Part shown: positions 1-8,594 of the stretch, piece after piece
How positions within the stretch are numbered: position 1 is the stretch's first letter
Layout of the letters: every line of letters starts with the position of its first letter
Source: an uncultured Methanosarcinales archaeon
GTDB taxonomy: Archaea > Nanobdellota > Nanobdellia > Woesearchaeales > UBA11576
Direction: 5' to 3'
Assembly (NCBI GenBank): GCA_964563755.1
Contig: CAZLYC010000003.1
Location: forward strand, 73,831-137,830
Length of the DNA stretch: 64,000 bases
Made by a program: the position numbers and the translations under genes
Notes under the pieces: model-generated
Databases searched by the model: none
The model's input: the letters and a program-made list of their open reading frames with translations, nothing else
What the model was told of the DNA's origin: nothing

Positions 1-2
1 AA

Positions 3-320
3 GGTTTTAACGTAGCAGGAGACCTAGCTGAAACACTCAGCGCCAAGGTTGCTGCCGCAGTAGATGATGCTGCAAAGAGAGCAGACTCAAACGGCAGAAA
101 GACAGTCATGGGCAAGGACGTACCTTTCTCATTCGGCTGCACAGCCAAACACGCAGAGAGCCTGATAGTCAAGGCAAAGATAAAGGAAGCAGCCAAAGGA
201 TGCAATGTCGCAGGCGACCTTGCAGACAGCTTGAACTGCTTTGCGCACCAGCTCTTAAAGAACGCGTGCGAAAGGGCAGAAGCCAACCAGAGAAAGACTG
301 TCATGGCAAAGGATCTCTAA
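3..320 (+). CDS. Histone-fold doublet protein (DUF1931-like), 5'-truncated at window edge
   Basis: Frame 3 is open from the window edge to TAA 318-320. The translation holds two tandem copies of NVAGDLA-x-L...N-x-RKTVM-x-KD, resembling the 'RKTV..(E/K)D' end of archaeal histone folds. Confidence 0.6.
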   Translation, partial: GFNVAGDLAETLSAKVAAAVDDAAKRADSNGRKTVMGKDVPFSFGCTAKHAESLIVKAKIKEAAKGCNVAGDLADSLNCFAHQLLKNACERAEANQRKTVMAKDL

Positions 321-370
321 GATCCTTAATCTTTAATTTTTTAACTTATTCTTTTTCTAAGATAAATAAC

Positions 371-567
371 AGCACCGCCACCGCACTAGCGAGCTAGCCA
401 ATAGTTTATCTAATCAACTGTGTACTCCGAGAAATATATTAATTTATTATCGAAGCGAGCTGCGTGGCGGTGCGCAATGCCAAGCTCGCAAAGCTTTTCA
501 AAAGCTTTGATGCAAAGTGTGTGGCATAAAGCCACACTAACTGATTATACTTCTCGCTAGGCGGCAT
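371..567 (+). repeat. Dispersed intergenic repeat, long form (copy A); inverted partner at 39967-40168
   Basis: Blocks shared with the reverse complement of 39967-40168: agcaccgccaccgcactagcgagctagc (371-398, identical), gtgtactc (420-427), gaagcgagctgcgtggcggtgcg (452-474, identical), ctcgctaggcggcat (553-567). The sequence between the blocks differs. Confidence 0.85.
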
Positions 568-597
568 CGTTATATCAGTCCTTTTTGACTCTAGAAA

Positions 598-1356
598 TCA
601 CTTTTTCTTCTTCTGCTTGGTCTTGTTCTTCTTGACAACCGGCTTTACTGCTTTTTTAGCCACCAGCACAGGAGCAGACTCTGGCTTGACATCTATACCA
701 AGCACCACCTTGTGCTTGTCTATCAGTCTCTTTACCCTGTCGAGGTCTGCCTTGCTGTGCTTGCCGGATTTCTTCAATTCTTCATGCCTCTGTTCCAATT
801 CAGCAAGCTGATTTGCCAAGTCATCCGCTGACTCAAAAACAGGCTCTAATCTAGACGGCCTTTCCTTGATCTTACGCTCAATATTCTCTATCTTCTTCTG
901 ACGTTCATCGCCAGACTCAGAAATCCTGATATGCGCTGACGCAAGGGCTTCCCTTAATTCAAGTATCTTCCTGTCCTTGTCTTCAAGTTCAGAAGCATAC
1001 TCGCGGCCTATGTCAATAAGCTTCCTCGAGAGTATCTCCACCATCGACTTGAGTTCGTTTATCTGCTTTGTCTCGCGTCTTTGCTCGTCGAGTATTTTCT
1101 CCTCATCATGGATTATCTCATGTATGGCCGACTCGAAAGAACCTATCTCTCCCTCTATCATCTCCTTTGTGCTGCGCTTGTTTAGAGAAACAGATTTAAT
1201 CTTCTCAAGCCTCTCCCTGACCTTGTGCTTCTTGACGCTGCGTTCTTCTGCTTTTATCGCAGCAGCAGAAAGGTGTCTTACGAACCTTCGCATCCTATCA
1301 GGGTGAAGATCTTCCTTCTTCACTCCTTCGTCAGGAGGAGAATGTATAACTGGCAT
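598..1356 (-). CDS. Hypothetical coiled-coil protein with Lys-rich C-terminus
   Basis: 252-aa ORF. Its ATG lies 1 nt after the stop of the upstream gene. Charged heptad-like sequence, KKNKTKQKKKK tail, no recognisable family. Confidence 0.65.
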   Translation of the reverse strand: MPVIHSPPDEGVKKEDLHPDRMRRFVRHLSAAAIKAEERSVKKHKVRERLEKIKSVSLNKRSTKEMIEGEIGSFESAIHEIIHDEEKILDEQRRETKQINELKSMVEILSRKLIDIGREYASELEDKDRKILELREALASAHIRISESGDERQKKIENIERKIKERPSRLEPVFESADDLANQLAELEQRHEELKKSGKHSKADLDRVKRLIDKHKVVLGIDVKPESAPVLVAKKAVKPVVKKNKTKQKKKK

Positions 1357-1357
1357 C

Positions 1358-1984
1358 TTACTTCATCAATCCGCCGAGTATAGTCGGCTTCCTTGACATG
1401 GACTGTGGCGGACCCATAGGCTGTCCCATAGGAGACATTCCTTGCGGAGGACCTTGTGGCATACCTGGCGGACTCAATGGAGGCAAACCACCCATCCCGC
1501 TGCCGAAGTCATCAAAACCTTCAGGCATAGAAGGACCACCAAAATTAGGTTGCTGTGGGACAGGCCCGAAAGAAGGCGGACCCATAGGCGCTGGCCTTGG
1601 CGCAGGACCTCCCTCAAGCGGAGGCAGCCTCTTTGAAGAAGCCCTCTCTATCTCTTCAAGCTTCTCTTTCACCATGTCTGCGATAGCAACTATGCCCTTT
1701 GCAATCTTCTGGTTCTGGTCTATAAGAGTATCAATCTTATCTGTTATCGGCCCTATCTGCTTGACAACAGTCTCAGAATCATGCTCCTCGAGCTTCATGT
1801 CATCAGCAGCCTGCTTGAAGACTTCCAGCATGACATTAAGGCTCTTGTTGAGATTATCGATGCTGGCCTGGAGATTCTCCCCTGACTCAGAACCTTCAAG
1901 AGGATTCTTCTTAAGATTATCCAGCTCTTTCTTCAGAGCCATGAATTCCTTCTTAGAAACAATCGCATACTCGTCCTCTTCCAT
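1358..1984 (-). CDS. Hypothetical coiled-coil protein with Pro/Gly/Met-rich low-complexity tail
   Basis: 208-aa ORF with an AGGGGTG Shine-Dalgarno-like box just upstream. The N-terminal half is coiled-coil-like and the C-terminal ~85 aa are P/G/M/Q-rich. Confidence 0.65.
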   Translation of the reverse strand: MEEDEYAIVSKKEFMALKKELDNLKKNPLEGSESGENLQASIDNLNKSLNVMLEVFKQAADDMKLEEHDSETVVKQIGPITDKIDTLIDQNQKIAKGIVAIADMVKEKLEEIERASSKRLPPLEGGPAPRPAPMGPPSFGPVPQQPNFGGPSMPEGFDDFGSGMGGLPPLSPPGMPQGPPQGMSPMGQPMGPPQSMSRKPTILGGLMK

Positions 1985-2150
1985 TTAAACACCCCTTTTT
2001 TCTCAGTGTCCGGCAAGCCGGCTGACTGCGAAATATAAACATCAATGGGGTAAAAACAGCTATTGAACTTTATAAACGTTTCTGTTTTTATAACAGGTTA
2101 TAGCCTCTTTTGACTTAAGATTTGCTTGACAGAGCTGTTATAAGAACAGT

Positions 2151-2738
2151 TCAGTTATCTATGAAATGTATATCACATTTTGACATCTTGTCATAGAATT
2201 CAATATTTAGCTTATTCTTCTTTGAATCGAAAACTACCTGGTTCAAACCTTCCCATATCAGGAACCATCCTGCGGGCTCAAGAAGAACTTTCATGAAAGT
2301 AAGCCAAAAATGATGATAATATGATTCTACTACAGATATAGAAACGGTAAGCATCATGCTGACTCCTGCAAAAATAAAAAGGAGACCCTTGTTTCTCACT
2401 ATCTTAGCTTCCCGGACAACTTCATGATGATGCTTCCTGAAATGCTCATGGAGCCTCTTCTTTATCATCTCTTCATTACCAAGGTTACGCTTGCGTTTCG
2501 GCATAATAAGCTTAAGCTCGAACTGTCCAGAGACCTTATCCCTGCTTGCACGTATCGCCTCATTGATAAAATCCTGTGAGAGCGCCCTTTCATCATAAGG
2601 CCGGGGATCAAAATCAGAGAATATATCATTATAATCGTCGAGTATCAGGCTTATATTCGACATCTTAATATTCGCGCTGCCTATAACAGCTTTCGCTTCT
2701 GATGAGCGTGCTGATTGCGAGTCCTCTTTTTTTATCAT
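2151..2738 (-). CDS. Hypothetical membrane protein
   Basis: 195-aa ORF with a soluble N-terminal half and two hydrophobic helices near the C-terminus. No family recognised. Confidence 0.55.
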   Translation of the reverse strand: MIKKEDSQSARSSEAKAVIGSANIKMSNISLILDDYNDIFSDFDPRPYDERALSQDFINEAIRASRDKVSGQFELKLIMPKRKRNLGNEEMIKKRLHEHFRKHHHEVVREAKIVRNKGLLFIFAGVSMMLTVSISVVESYYHHFWLTFMKVLLEPAGWFLIWEGLNQVVFDSKKNKLNIEFYDKMSKCDIHFIDN

Positions 2739-3151
2739 GAAATACCTAAAAGGACAATCTCTTTTTAAGCCTTTCCAACAGACATCATCAAGATAGAATA
2801 ACAGAAAATCCTAAAATCGAGTTAAAAAAATAGAGCCCCGCAACACATTGGCAGTGGAGCGGAGCAAGGGTTAGATGAATGAACTAACTAGTTATCTGAA
2901 TATCCATCTGAAAAGATTACGGTCTGGCAACAAAAAACAAAAAAAGCCTCAGCATAGCAGCATCTTAACCACCTCCTCAATATTTTGGCACATCTTGTTG
3001 TCACGCAATATTTGCCGATGCAGAATACAAGTATCGCGGCGTTTAAGATATACTTTGTGAAGGCATAATACAGACATAAAATTCATAACATTTAAAAAAG
3101 CCAAAAATCGGACTACCTTCCAGCTAAGAGTCAAGTCAAAGAGGGTGGAAG

Positions 3152-3832
3152 ATGGCAATATATATCAACAGTCCACAGTGGTTCCAAGGCATAGATTCTA
3201 TAATCGAACTTCTATCATTAATCGTAGCTTTCATGATATCCTTCATGGGATACAAGGTATACAAACTGATCAAACAAAAAAAGTACGCATATTTCTCAAC
3301 AGCATTCTTCCTCATAGGACTCTCATACATATTCAAGATAATCTCAGAGCTCGCAATATATGTAAAAGAAGTGCAGCACAAGATAATAGGGCCATTCCTG
3401 TTTTCACAAACAGTTCTTGAACCAGTCACATGGATCCATGTCTATTCGCACGCGACATTCAGGCTACTTTCGGCATTTGCAATACTGATACTTCTTGCTG
3501 TCGCACTCAACATAACAAACAAACAAACGCTCCTATTGTTCACATATTTCATCGCTGCAATCACACTGATAAGCAACTACGCGCAGTTCATATTCCACCT
3601 GACACAGGCAGTCATGCTCGGCATACTTGTGCTTCACTTCTATGACAACTACAATAAAAACAACACGAAACATGCGGCGCTTGTCGCAGTATCCTTCCTG
3701 GGCATGCTGATAAGCCACACCCTATTCATATTCATGATGTATGATCCTGCAATATATGCGATAGGCGAAGCATTCCATCTGGCAGCATTCGCGACGCTAT
3801 TATATGCATTCATACTGGTGAAAAGGAAATGA
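3152..3832 (+). CDS. Hypothetical polytopic membrane protein
   Basis: 226-aa ORF preceded by GAGGGTGG. About 7 hydrophobic helices. Confidence 0.65.
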   Translation: MAIYINSPQWFQGIDSIIELLSLIVAFMISFMGYKVYKLIKQKKYAYFSTAFFLIGLSYIFKIISELAIYVKEVQHKIIGPFLFSQTVLEPVTWIHVYSHATFRLLSAFAILILLAVALNITNKQTLLLFTYFIAAITLISNYAQFIFHLTQAVMLGILVLHFYDNYNKNNTKHAALVAVSFLGMLISHTLFIFMMYDPAIYAIGEAFHLAAFATLLYAFILVKRK

Positions 3833-4101
3833 GCTCAAAAAGGGGCAGGCTCGAAATAATACACGACCTGCTGCACGCGATAAATGAAAAAGGAGGAACT
3901 ATAAAGCCGACCCACCTACTGTACAAATCGAACCTGTCGCACCAGAAGATGAAAGAATACGTCGAAGAGCTCATGGAAAAAGGGTTCGTGAAAGAGAATA
4001 ACAACAAAGAAAAAAAATGCTACTCAATAACCGACAAAGGCATAGAATTCGTGAACGAGTTCAAGAGGATAAAACAATTCTCTGAATCGTTCGGATTGTG
4101 A
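3829..4101 (+). CDS. Winged-helix DNA-binding protein (HTH_45/PF14947-like)
   Basis: 90 aa. The start overlaps the upstream stop (ATGA). The pattern RLEII.DLL.A....G..KPT.LLYKSNLS....KEYV..L.EKGF...Y.IT.KG..F is typical of small archaeal wHTH proteins. Confidence 0.7.
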   Translation: MSSKRGRLEIIHDLLHAINEKGGTIKPTHLLYKSNLSHQKMKEYVEELMEKGFVKENNNKEKKCYSITDKGIEFVNEFKRIKQFSESFGL

Positions 4102-4110
4102 GGTGTAAAG

Positions 4111-5097
4111 ATGAACGCTGAAGTCAAGAAGCTCACTGCGCAGGCAGAAAAGTACTCAAAAGACATAGAGAAAGCGATTGAAGAGGTAAGCAAGATAATC
4201 GTAGGACAGGATGACACTATAAAAAAGCTCATGATAGCGCTAATCGCAGACGGACACATCCTTCTTGAGGGAGTCCCTGGACTTGCAAAGACCCTTATGG
4301 TAAGGACACTGTCAGACGCGATGCACGCAGACTTCTGCAGGATACAGTTCACACCAGACCTATTGCCTGCTGACATCATAGGAACGAAGATATATGACCA
4401 CAAGAAGACAGAATTTTATACCAAGAAAGGGCCAATATTCTCAAACTTCATACTTGCAGACGAGATAAACAGGGCACCGCCAAAAGTGCAGTCAGCGCTC
4501 CTCGAAGCGATGCAGGAAAGACAAGTAACAATACAGGGAGAGACACATCCATTGCAGAGGCCGTTCCTTGTCATGGCGACACAGAACCCCATAGAGACAG
4601 AAGGTACGTACAAGCTGCCTGAAGCGCAGGTCGACAGGTTCATGTTCAAGCTTCTAATAACCTATCCTGAGAAGGAAGATGAAAAAGAGATAATCAGGCG
4701 CATGACCAAAGGGGTAGACTACATAACAAAGAAGATCCTCACAAAAGAGAACATAAAAGACATACAGAAATTCAACCCGCAAGTATATGCCGACGAGAAG
4801 ATTGAAGAATATGTCGCAAGCCTAGTTGACTCTACAAGGCATCCTGAGAAATACAAGCTGGACATAGACGGACACATAGAATACGGAGCCTCGCCAAGAG
4901 CATCAATATGGCTGATACTCGCATCAAAAGCGAATGCGATGATAGAAGGCAGAGGATATGTAACACCAGAAGACGTCCAGGCAGTAGCGCACGACGTGCT
5001 GAGACACAGGATACTATTGACTTACGAAGCAGAGGCAGAAAACATAACACCTGATCAGATAATCGACAAGATACTCTCAAAAGTCAAAGTACCATAA
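4111..5097 (+). CDS. MoxR-family AAA+ ATPase
   Basis: 328 aa. Walker A variant GVPGLAKT, Walker B ILADEINRA, MoxR/AAA_3-type layout, GAGGTG RBS. Confidence 0.9.
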   Translation: MNAEVKKLTAQAEKYSKDIEKAIEEVSKIIVGQDDTIKKLMIALIADGHILLEGVPGLAKTLMVRTLSDAMHADFCRIQFTPDLLPADIIGTKIYDHKKTEFYTKKGPIFSNFILADEINRAPPKVQSALLEAMQERQVTIQGETHPLQRPFLVMATQNPIETEGTYKLPEAQVDRFMFKLLITYPEKEDEKEIIRRMTKGVDYITKKILTKENIKDIQKFNPQVYADEKIEEYVASLVDSTRHPEKYKLDIDGHIEYGASPRASIWLILASKANAMIEGRGYVTPEDVQAVAHDVLRHRILLTYEAEAENITPDQIIDKILSKVKVP

Positions 5098-5130
5098 TCA
5101 CAAATCAATAATCCAACAAACTGTTCTGAT

Positions 5131-6009
5131 ATGGAGACGCAGCAAGTCCTGAAAAAAGTGAAGAAAGTCGAGATAAAGACACGCGGACTAGTGGAAGGCC
5201 TGCTCTCTGGCGCATACCACTCCATATTCAAAGGAAGAGGCATAGAATTCTCAGAAGTACGCGAATACGTGCCTGGCGACGATGTAAGGACAATAGACTG
5301 GAACGTCACAGCAAGGATGAACAACCCTTATGTCAAGGAATTCATAGAAGAAAGAGACTTGACGGTCATGATACTTTTCGACATCTCAGGAAGCGGCGAG
5401 TTCGGAAGCGAGAAAGAGAAGAAAGAATCAGCGACAGAGCTTGCGGCATCACTCATGTTCGCAGCGATGAGAAACAATGACCATGTAGGACTTGCTATGT
5501 TCACAGACAGGGTCGAGAGATTCATACCTCCAAGAAAGGGAAGAAGACACGCGCTAAAGCTGATACGAGAGATGATAACATACCAGCCGCAGAGCAAGAC
5601 AACATGCATCAAGAGCAGCGTAGAATTCGTCTCAAAAGTCCTCAAGAAAAAGAGCATAATATTCATAATATCGGACTTCCTCGCAGAAGGATACGAAAAA
5701 CAGCTCAAGATGCTCAGGAACAGGCATGACGTAATCGCTGTAAACATAAACGACCTAAGAGAACACGAGATACCTGATATAGGATACCTCCAGCTTGAGG
5801 ATGATGAAACAGGAGAGCAGATACTCGTCGACACATCAGACCCTGAATTCAGGGAGAACTACTCGAGGCTAACAGGAGAGCACAACAAGTCTCTCAAGAA
5901 CAAGTTCAAAAAACTGAAGATAGACAGCATCGACCTCAAAAGCCACGAGCCATTCGAGATTCCACTAAAAAGATTCTTCGCTCTTAGAAGCAGGAAGACG
6001 GTGAGATGA
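5131..6009 (+). CDS. DUF58 domain protein (MoxR partner)
   Basis: 292 aa. The 'VREYVPGDDVRTIDWNVTAR' signature of DUF58, positioned directly after moxR. Confidence 0.85.
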   Translation: METQQVLKKVKKVEIKTRGLVEGLLSGAYHSIFKGRGIEFSEVREYVPGDDVRTIDWNVTARMNNPYVKEFIEERDLTVMILFDISGSGEFGSEKEKKESATELAASLMFAAMRNNDHVGLAMFTDRVERFIPPRKGRRHALKLIREMITYQPQSKTTCIKSSVEFVSKVLKKKSIIFIISDFLAEGYEKQLKMLRNRHDVIAVNINDLREHEIPDIGYLQLEDDETGEQILVDTSDPEFRENYSRLTGEHNKSLKNKFKKLKIDSIDLKSHEPFEIPLKRFFALRSRKTVR

Positions 6010-6956
6010 TGGCAGGTTTCAGCACACCGATAATACTAGTATTCCTTCTTGCGGTACCTATAATATATTACGCTTACCGAATTGCGATGGAGAAGAAGAA
6101 ACAGGCAGCGATGAAATTCAGCAGGGTAGGACTTGTCAAAGAGGCCGCGAAATACCAGAAGAACTGGAGAGTGCATGCGCACTTCTGGCTAAGCGTCGCC
6201 GCAATAACACTCATGATACTCGCATTCGCAGACCCGCATATTCCACTTAAGCAGACAAAAGAAGGAGTCAACGTCGTCCTTGTAATCGATAATTCCGGTT
6301 CAATGCAAGCACAAGACTACCAGCCTAACAGACTTGAAGCAGCAAAGTCATCAGCAGCAATACTCGTCGAAGACCTTAACGAAAAAGACCATGTAGGAGT
6401 CGTTCTTTTCGAGAACGGAGCGACAACAGCAGCATACCTCAGCCCATTCAAGGAAAGGGTCAAAGAAAAACTCATGGCAATAACTGCAAGAGAAGGAAGA
6501 ACAGCACTTGGAGATGGCCTAAGCCTCGCAGTAGACATGGCTGATTCAATCCCTAACAAGAAAAAAGTCATAATACTACTAAGCGACGGAGTATCAAATT
6601 CAGGAGTTATAACCCCACAAGAAGCAGCAGTATTCGCAAAGACAAGCAAGATACAGGTATACACTGTAGGCATGGGCTCGACTGACAAGACTGTTCTCGG
6701 TTACGACTTCTTCGGAAATCCACAGTACGCAGAACTCGATGAAGATACCCTAAAAAGCATAGCACAGCTCACAGGGGCAAAATATTACAGGTCAGTCGAT
6801 GATAAGACACTTGATGATGTATACAAGAACATAAGCAAGGACATAAAACGGGAGAAAGAGGAGACAAGCATAGCAAGATGGTTCTTCATAGCAGCGCTAC
6901 TTGTACTTCTCGCAGACATGTACATAAGATACGGCTCCAAGAGGATTGTACAATGA
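6006..6956 (+). CDS. vWA-domain membrane protein (BatA-like)
   Basis: 316 aa. N- and C-terminal TM helices, MIDAS motif VLVIDNSGSM, start overlaps the DUF58 stop. Confidence 0.85.
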   Translation: MMAGFSTPIILVFLLAVPIIYYAYRIAMEKKKQAAMKFSRVGLVKEAAKYQKNWRVHAHFWLSVAAITLMILAFADPHIPLKQTKEGVNVVLVIDNSGSMQAQDYQPNRLEAAKSSAAILVEDLNEKDHVGVVLFENGATTAAYLSPFKERVKEKLMAITAREGRTALGDGLSLAVDMADSIPNKKKVIILLSDGVSNSGVITPQEAAVFAKTSKIQVYTVGMGSTDKTVLGYDFFGNPQYAELDEDTLKSIAQLTGAKYYRSVDDKTLDDVYKNISKDIKREKEETSIARWFFIAALLVLLADMYIRYGSKRIVQ

Positions 6957-8539
6957 GCAAAAAAATCCTGTTCACAGCGTTAGCGCTCATACTGGTAATG
7001 ATAAGCTCTGCGCATGCAGAAGAGCTTACTGTAAAGAAGACAATAGCAGAGACCGAACTGCAAACAGGAGGCAGCGCTACAATACAGCTCAACTTCACGA
7101 ATCCTTTTGGCGAGGAACTCAAGATAAAAATCGTCGACAAGAACGTGATGGCAAACAATGGAGTAGATATCCAATGCATGGAGATGACGCTGCCGCCGAA
7201 CAAAGGCGCAGTCATACAGTACACTCCGATACAGCTTTTTCAAGAAGGAGAATTCACACTTTCTGCAGCAGAAGTCACATATACAAACCCTGATTCCGGC
7301 GATGAAGAAGAGATAAAATCAAACAAACTTGAAGTCACTGTCGAAGAAGGCAGCCAAGCAAGCAGCGGCGGGCAGGGGATAACGACAATATATCAGTGCG
7401 ACGGACAGAACATGCAGTCCACATCATTCTCATCAAGCGGAAGCAACATGCAGGTAAGCATGACGAGCAGCATGCAGCAACAGATGGACCAGATGCAACA
7501 GCAGATGAATGAACAGATGCAGCAACAGGCAAGCCAGATGCAACAGAAGAAGAACGCTGCGCAGAACAGCCAGATGGACCAGGACGCAGGAGCATTGAAG
7601 CAGGAGATGCAGAGGCAAAGAGAAGAATTCAAGCAGATGCAGCAGGAACTCGCAAAGAAGATGGGCGAGAATGAAGAGATAATGAAGGCTCACCAGGACA
7701 TGCTTGACCAGGGATACAACATGACCAACATGGAAATAGACCCTGAGACAAATGACACTGGAAACTTCAAGATGAACTACCAGAAAGCCAATGGCGAGAG
7801 CGGTTCGGTAAGCGGCAAGATGCAAGATGGACAGCTCAGCGAGATGCAGAAACAATCCCCAGAGGAAGAAAGACAGATGATGGAACAGCTGAAACAGAAT
7901 CCGCAGTTCCAGAACTACTCACAGCAGCTGCAAAAACAAGGATTCAACCAGACAGCGATGAAACTCATGATGCAGGGCAACACGACACAAGCAGTAGTCG
8001 AATACAAGAACCCTGAAGGACAGAACGCGAACATAAGCGCAGATTTCATCAACCAGACAATAAATAAAGTCGAGATGAACAAGGAAGAAGACAATAAAAA
8101 ATGGTGGAAATCATACGCTATCCCAATAATTCTGCTCTTGCTGGCGCTCTTGGGCTACTGGCTCTACAGGAAATACTTCAAGAAGAAAGAAGAGACTGAA
8201 GAAGAAAAGCAAAAACATGAGAAACCGATAGATTACCACAAAGAAGCAAGAAAGATGATAGAAGAAGCGAAAAGACTCTTTGCTGAGAAAAAAGAAAAGG
8301 ACGCATACGAAAGAGCAAGCCAGGCGATAAGGCTGTTCTACACACATAAGCTTGGCTACAAGAAAGAGCTCACAAACTCACAGACAATAAACGTGCTAAA
8401 GAAAAACAAGATACATCACAATGAAACCCAGAAATGCCTCAACATGTGCGGCATGGTGGAATTTGCCAAATACGAAGCCAACAGGAAAGACTTCTTGGAG
8501 ATAATAAAAACAGCCGAAAATATAGTCAACAAAAGCTGA
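6953..8539 (+). CDS. Secreted/membrane-anchored BatD-like protein with Gln/Met-rich low-complexity region
   Basis: The start was chosen at ATG 6953 (MSKKILFTALALILVMISSAHA signal peptide), which overlaps the vWA stop by ATGA. After the signal peptide come an N-terminal beta-rich domain, a long Q/M-rich stretch, a single TM (YAIPIILLLLALLGYWLY) and a cytoplasmic helical tail. Confidence 0.7.
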   Translation: MSKKILFTALALILVMISSAHAEELTVKKTIAETELQTGGSATIQLNFTNPFGEELKIKIVDKNVMANNGVDIQCMEMTLPPNKGAVIQYTPIQLFQEGEFTLSAAEVTYTNPDSGDEEEIKSNKLEVTVEEGSQASSGGQGITTIYQCDGQNMQSTSFSSSGSNMQVSMTSSMQQQMDQMQQQMNEQMQQQASQMQQKKNAAQNSQMDQDAGALKQEMQRQREEFKQMQQELAKKMGENEEIMKAHQDMLDQGYNMTNMEIDPETNDTGNFKMNYQKANGESGSVSGKMQDGQLSEMQKQSPEEERQMMEQLKQNPQFQNYSQQLQKQGFNQTAMKLMMQGNTTQAVVEYKNPEGQNANISADFINQTINKVEMNKEEDNKKWWKSYAIPIILLLLALLGYWLYRKYFKKKEETEEEKQKHEKPIDYHKEARKMIEEAKRLFAEKKEKDAYERASQAIRLFYTHKLGYKKELTNSQTINVLKKNKIHHNETQKCLNMCGMVEFAKYEANRKDFLEIIKTAENIVNKS

Positions 8540-8594
8540 AAAAAACAGTTTTCAGCACAAAATATTAAAATAGACCTATAAAGAAGAGTTCAAC

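Noticed and set aside
2739-3151. Long (413-bp) spacer with track ORFs 2875-3060(+) and 2949-3158(-), considered for a small gene or ncRNA
   Set aside because: The ORFs have implausible compositions and mutual overlap. I could not draw a convincing RNA structure or find a repeat-family match.
6878-6952. 25-codon N-terminal extension of the BatD-like ORF (track start 6878)
   Set aside because: The extension overlaps the vWA gene and precedes a textbook signal peptide that starts at ATG 6953 (ATGA overlap).
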